A stretch of DNA of 64,000 bases. Origin: Bilabrum cf. latius (taxonomy: Eukaryota). The stretch's first letter is position 1, and each line of letters starts with the position of its first letter. The position numbers were made by a program, and so were the translations under genes. This document shows, in pieces, positions 61,115-64,000 of the stretch. The stretch is from the NCBI GenBank assembly GCA_965178125.1, contig OZ237766.1, positions 558,001-622,000 on the forward strand. Direction: 5' to 3'. The notes beneath the pieces are model-generated. The model saw nothing but the letters and a program-made list of their open reading frames with translations, did no database searches and had not been told where the DNA came from.

Positions 61115-63256
61115 ATGAGGCGTGACCACATTCAGGAGCAGAAGAAGAAGATGGATCGTATCGTAGCTGCTGTGTCTCAATATGTAGAGCTATGTGCACA
61201 TAAGATGCCGCAAATCCGGTTCAAAATGGACTGCAAGGTCAATGTCGACGTCGACGACGTTTGCTCTGCAGAGGTCAGCTTTCGACTTTGCCTTGACCGA
61301 CCAGATAAACAGCTCTGCAAAGACATCCCAGCTTCCATCCAGAGATCAGAGCTGAATGTCACTTTTTCTACCACTAGTGGATCTAGGGACGCCCAGGAGA
61401 CGGAGCTTGCGGCGACGGTGCTTGCCGAGAACCTCGTTCTCGATGCCATCAAGCAGACTAAAAGCCTTCATAATCCATTGGATGCAGTGCGCGTAGTAGG
61501 AGGGAGTTTAAAAGTAATTGGCAATGGTGCTGTTGCTGTTCTAGGCAGCGAGACGTCCATCGCAAGGCTGCTTGGAGGCTGCAGCTGTGAAAGAAAGACG
61601 GGTGAAGGCGCAGCGACAGTCGTCGTCTCCGTGCAGCAGCTAGCCAAATGTCTGGGAGCATCGGGGTCCGAAGAAGCACGCGCAGAGCTTCTGCGTACTG
61701 CATTGCGCCGCCGTGGGAACGCTGCAGCTGAACGCCTATACAATCGATTGGAGCACCTGCGCAAAACCAAACCTACCAAGTACAAAGTGTACCGACATCT
61801 GGATGAGCTTATCATGTGGATCAACCAATGCTTACCAGGACACGGGGCTAAACTACATGCCCGCGACGAAGCAGCGTCATACGCGGCGAGAGCACGAGCG
61901 GTCGAGTGGGCCAACACCGGGCCAGCAGGTGCGGGGAGATCGCACTTGGTGACGGGAGTCCATGTTGCCCGTAGCGGTGCAGGTTCCGCAGGTGGTGGCT
62001 GGAGGGGAGGTCGCGCTGGCCGTGGCGGTGCAGGGTCCGCAAGCGGTGGCTGGAGGGGAGGTCGCGCTGGCCGTGGCGGTGCAGGGTCCGCAGGTGGTGG
62101 CTGGAGGGGAGGTCGCGCTGGCCGTGGCGGTGCAGGGTCCGCAGGCGGTGGCTGGAGGGGAGGTCGCGCTGGCCGTGGCGGTGCAGGGTCCGCAGGCGGT
62201 GGCTGGAGGGGAGGTCGCGCTGGCCGTGGCGGTGCAGGGTCCGTAGCCGGGGTTCGGCGTGACTTAGACAAAGTGGCTGTGGCTGCCGATGAAGTAGCTC
62301 GCTTAATTTCTCATGATGTGTACGTGATGTGCACCGTAGATTTTTGGGACGATAGTGGATCAGCTCTCCTCCAGCTCAGTTTGCCAGGTGGCAAGAGACG
62401 GCTGGGGGAGACTGAGGCCCACTGTGCAGTGAGAGAATTCAACGAAGAGGTGCAAGGACTGTCCACCTCATATGACAGACTGAGGCGAGGGACTCGAGGC
62501 ATCTTGCATGGAGGGCTGCGATCTGAAAGTGGGTTCATCCGACCGGACGGCAAGATGATTTTCCTCGTCGGAGATGACGCTATAGAAGTGGAACGGTCCG
62601 ATGGGTCGGCAGCCGATCCTGCCATGGCATCCGCTGCTGCAGCCGGTACGACTACGGCTGCATCGGCCGGTGCGTCGGCAGCCGATCCTGCCATGACACC
62701 CGCTGCTGCAGCTGGTACGACTACGGCTGCATCGGCCGGTGCGTCGGCAGCCGATCCTGCCATGACACCCGCTGCTGCAGCTGGTACGACTGCAGCTGGT
62801 ACGACTACGGCTGCATCGGTCGGTGCGTCGGCAGCCGATCCTGCCATGGCATCCGCTGCTGCAGCCGGTACGACTGCAGCTGGTACGACTGCAGCTGCAT
62901 CGGTCGGTGGGTCGGCAGCCGATCCTGCCATGGCATCCGCTGCTGCAGCCGGTACGACTGCAGCTGGTACGACTGCAGCTACATCGGTCGGTGGGTCGGC
63001 AGCCGATCCTGCCATGGCATCCGCTGCTGCAGCCGGTACGACTGCAGCTGGTACGACTGCAGCTACATCGGTCGGTGGGTCGGCAGCCGATCCTGCCATG
63101 ACACCCGCTGCTGCAGCCGGTACGACTGCAGCTGGTACGACTGCAGCTACATCGGTCGGTGGGTCGGCAGCCGATCCTGCCATGACACCCGCTGCTACAG
63201 CCGGTACTACTGCAGCTGCCTCGGCCGGTGCGTCGGCGGCTGACCCTTCCACCTAA
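61115..63256 (+). CDS. RGG-repeat Nudix-box protein with C-terminal AADPAM repeats
   Basis: Uninterrupted ORF with Nudix box PGGKRRLGETEAHCAVREFNEEVQG (G-x5-E-x7-REUxEE). TAA stop. Start uncertain because homology to the paralog begins at about 61051. Confidence 0.8.
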   Translation: MRRDHIQEQKKKMDRIVAAVSQYVELCAHKMPQIRFKMDCKVNVDVDDVCSAEVSFRLCLDRPDKQLCKDIPASIQRSELNVTFSTTSGSRDAQETELAATVLAENLVLDAIKQTKSLHNPLDAVRVVGGSLKVIGNGAVAVLGSETSIARLLGGCSCERKTGEGAATVVVSVQQLAKCLGASGSEEARAELLRTALRRRGNAAAERLYNRLEHLRKTKPTKYKVYRHLDELIMWINQCLPGHGAKLHARDEAASYAARARAVEWANTGPAGAGRSHLVTGVHVARSGAGSAGGGWRGGRAGRGGAGSASGGWRGGRAGRGGAGSAGGGWRGGRAGRGGAGSAGGGWRGGRAGRGGAGSAGGGWRGGRAGRGGAGSVAGVRRDLDKVAVAADEVARLISHDVYVMCTVDFWDDSGSALLQLSLPGGKRRLGETEAHCAVREFNEEVQGLSTSYDRLRRGTRGILHGGLRSESGFIRPDGKMIFLVGDDAIEVERSDGSAADPAMASAAAAGTTTAASAGASAADPAMTPAAAAGTTTAASAGASAADPAMTPAAAAGTTAAGTTTAASVGASAADPAMASAAAAGTTAAGTTAAASVGGSAADPAMASAAAAGTTAAGTTAATSVGGSAADPAMASAAAAGTTAAGTTAATSVGGSAADPAMTPAAAAGTTAAGTTAATSVGGSAADPAMTPAATAGTTAAASAGASAADPST
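61970..62243 (+). repeat. Coding tandem repeat, 51-bp unit (GGAGSAGGGWRGGRAGR), about 5 copies
   Basis: Directly visible periodicity. Confidence 0.95.
62603..63247 (+). repeat. Coding tandem repeat, 69/84-bp units (SAADPAMxxAAAAGTTAA...)
   Basis: GTCGGCAGCCGATCCTGCCATG recurs about 8 times. Diverged equivalents occur at 21720-21980. Confidence 0.9.
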
Positions 63257-63480
63257 GAAGTGTCAGGAGTTGGAGAGGAACAAGAAGGGGACGCCGGCAC
63301 AGGCGACCATAGTGCGGTGTCGATGGGAGAGCATAATGGGAGGAAGGGGGTTTCAGGTGCAAGGCACGAGGGGGACGCGAGTGGCAGCGGGCTGCATGGC
63401 CAGCGGCGTGCAGAGGGGGCGCATGGCAGGTTGGCCAGGACCTGCAAATGCAAGCTAAGATGATCGGCCAAAGGTGGCGA
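63257..63480 (+). repeat. Diverged dispersed repeat (partner 36000-36245)
   Basis: Inverted similarity to 36000-36245. Confidence 0.7.
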
Positions 63481-64000
63481 CGCAGTCGTTCGGGGTGGAG
63501 CCCGGTAGGTCCATGGGACCGGGGGCAGGATTTTTTATTTTTGGTAACTGCTAATCAGTGGGGGTTGCATTAGCCGTAAAGATTAGCCAATGGGTGTGAT
63601 TGAAGTAATAAATCTGATGTATATGTAGTCTAGGTCTGATAACATCCAGGATATTTAAACCTAGACTAAATAAAAAGGCTTAGACATCTACACCACGTTA
63701 TAATCCGGATGCTAACGCCGAATGGGGTTTGGGGTTGATGTGACGATCCGATGCGTTCGAGACTCGAACACACAGTACACAAAACGAAATGGATTAACCG
63801 TAAACCATGAAAATCTGATCCAAAAGATGGTCTATGAATGCTAATCCAAAAGATGGTCTATGAATGCTGCTCCTCCTGGTCAAGGGCTTTATACGTGGGA
63901 GCGCACAAATTTGCTTGAGGTGGTCAAAAGGTCCAAGAACTTCACCATGGCAGATCTCGCCAGGGTGGTGCGCAAAGCACGCCCCTTCGCGATGGCCAGG

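Noticed and set aside
63818-63868. 26-bp tandem duplication ATCCAAAAGATGGTCTATGAATGCT
   Set aside because: There are only two copies, which is consistent with simple slippage.
1-64000. Region of pseudogenes with premature stops
   Set aside because: Interruptions in host genes are almost exclusively TAG, frame-preserving and shared between duplicates. Random decay would also give TAA, TGA and frameshifts, as it does in the YR element.

Overview
GC-rich, intron-poor nuclear DNA of a microbial eukaryote, shown by a spliced RPS11, TRMT61A and GT-AG introns of 101-171 nt. The main result is that it does not use the standard genetic code. TAG is a sense codon, most likely Gln, while TGA (mostly) and TAA remain stops. 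Reading TAG through joins the fragmented ORF track into intact genes: an LRR protein, TRMT61A, two copies of a WW + SAM-methyltransferase protein, two ABCB half-transporters, a 1787-aa single-exon ABCC transporter, a 3243-aa Clu-TPR-wHTH-ARM protein with a shorter inverted paralog, and an RGG-Nudix / pseudo-Nudix paralog pair. The window is heavily rearranged. It has a direct segmental duplication (6.3-15.7 kb vs 48.6-55.0 kb), a 6-kb inverted duplication (22.4-28.5 kb vs 40.5-46.6 kb), an internally deleted DIRS/Ngaro-type tyrosine-recombinase retrotransposon, and nested copies of two non-LTR retroelement families, which also carry in-frame TAG. All calls come from manual translation and motif recognition; no database searches were run and the taxon is not identified.
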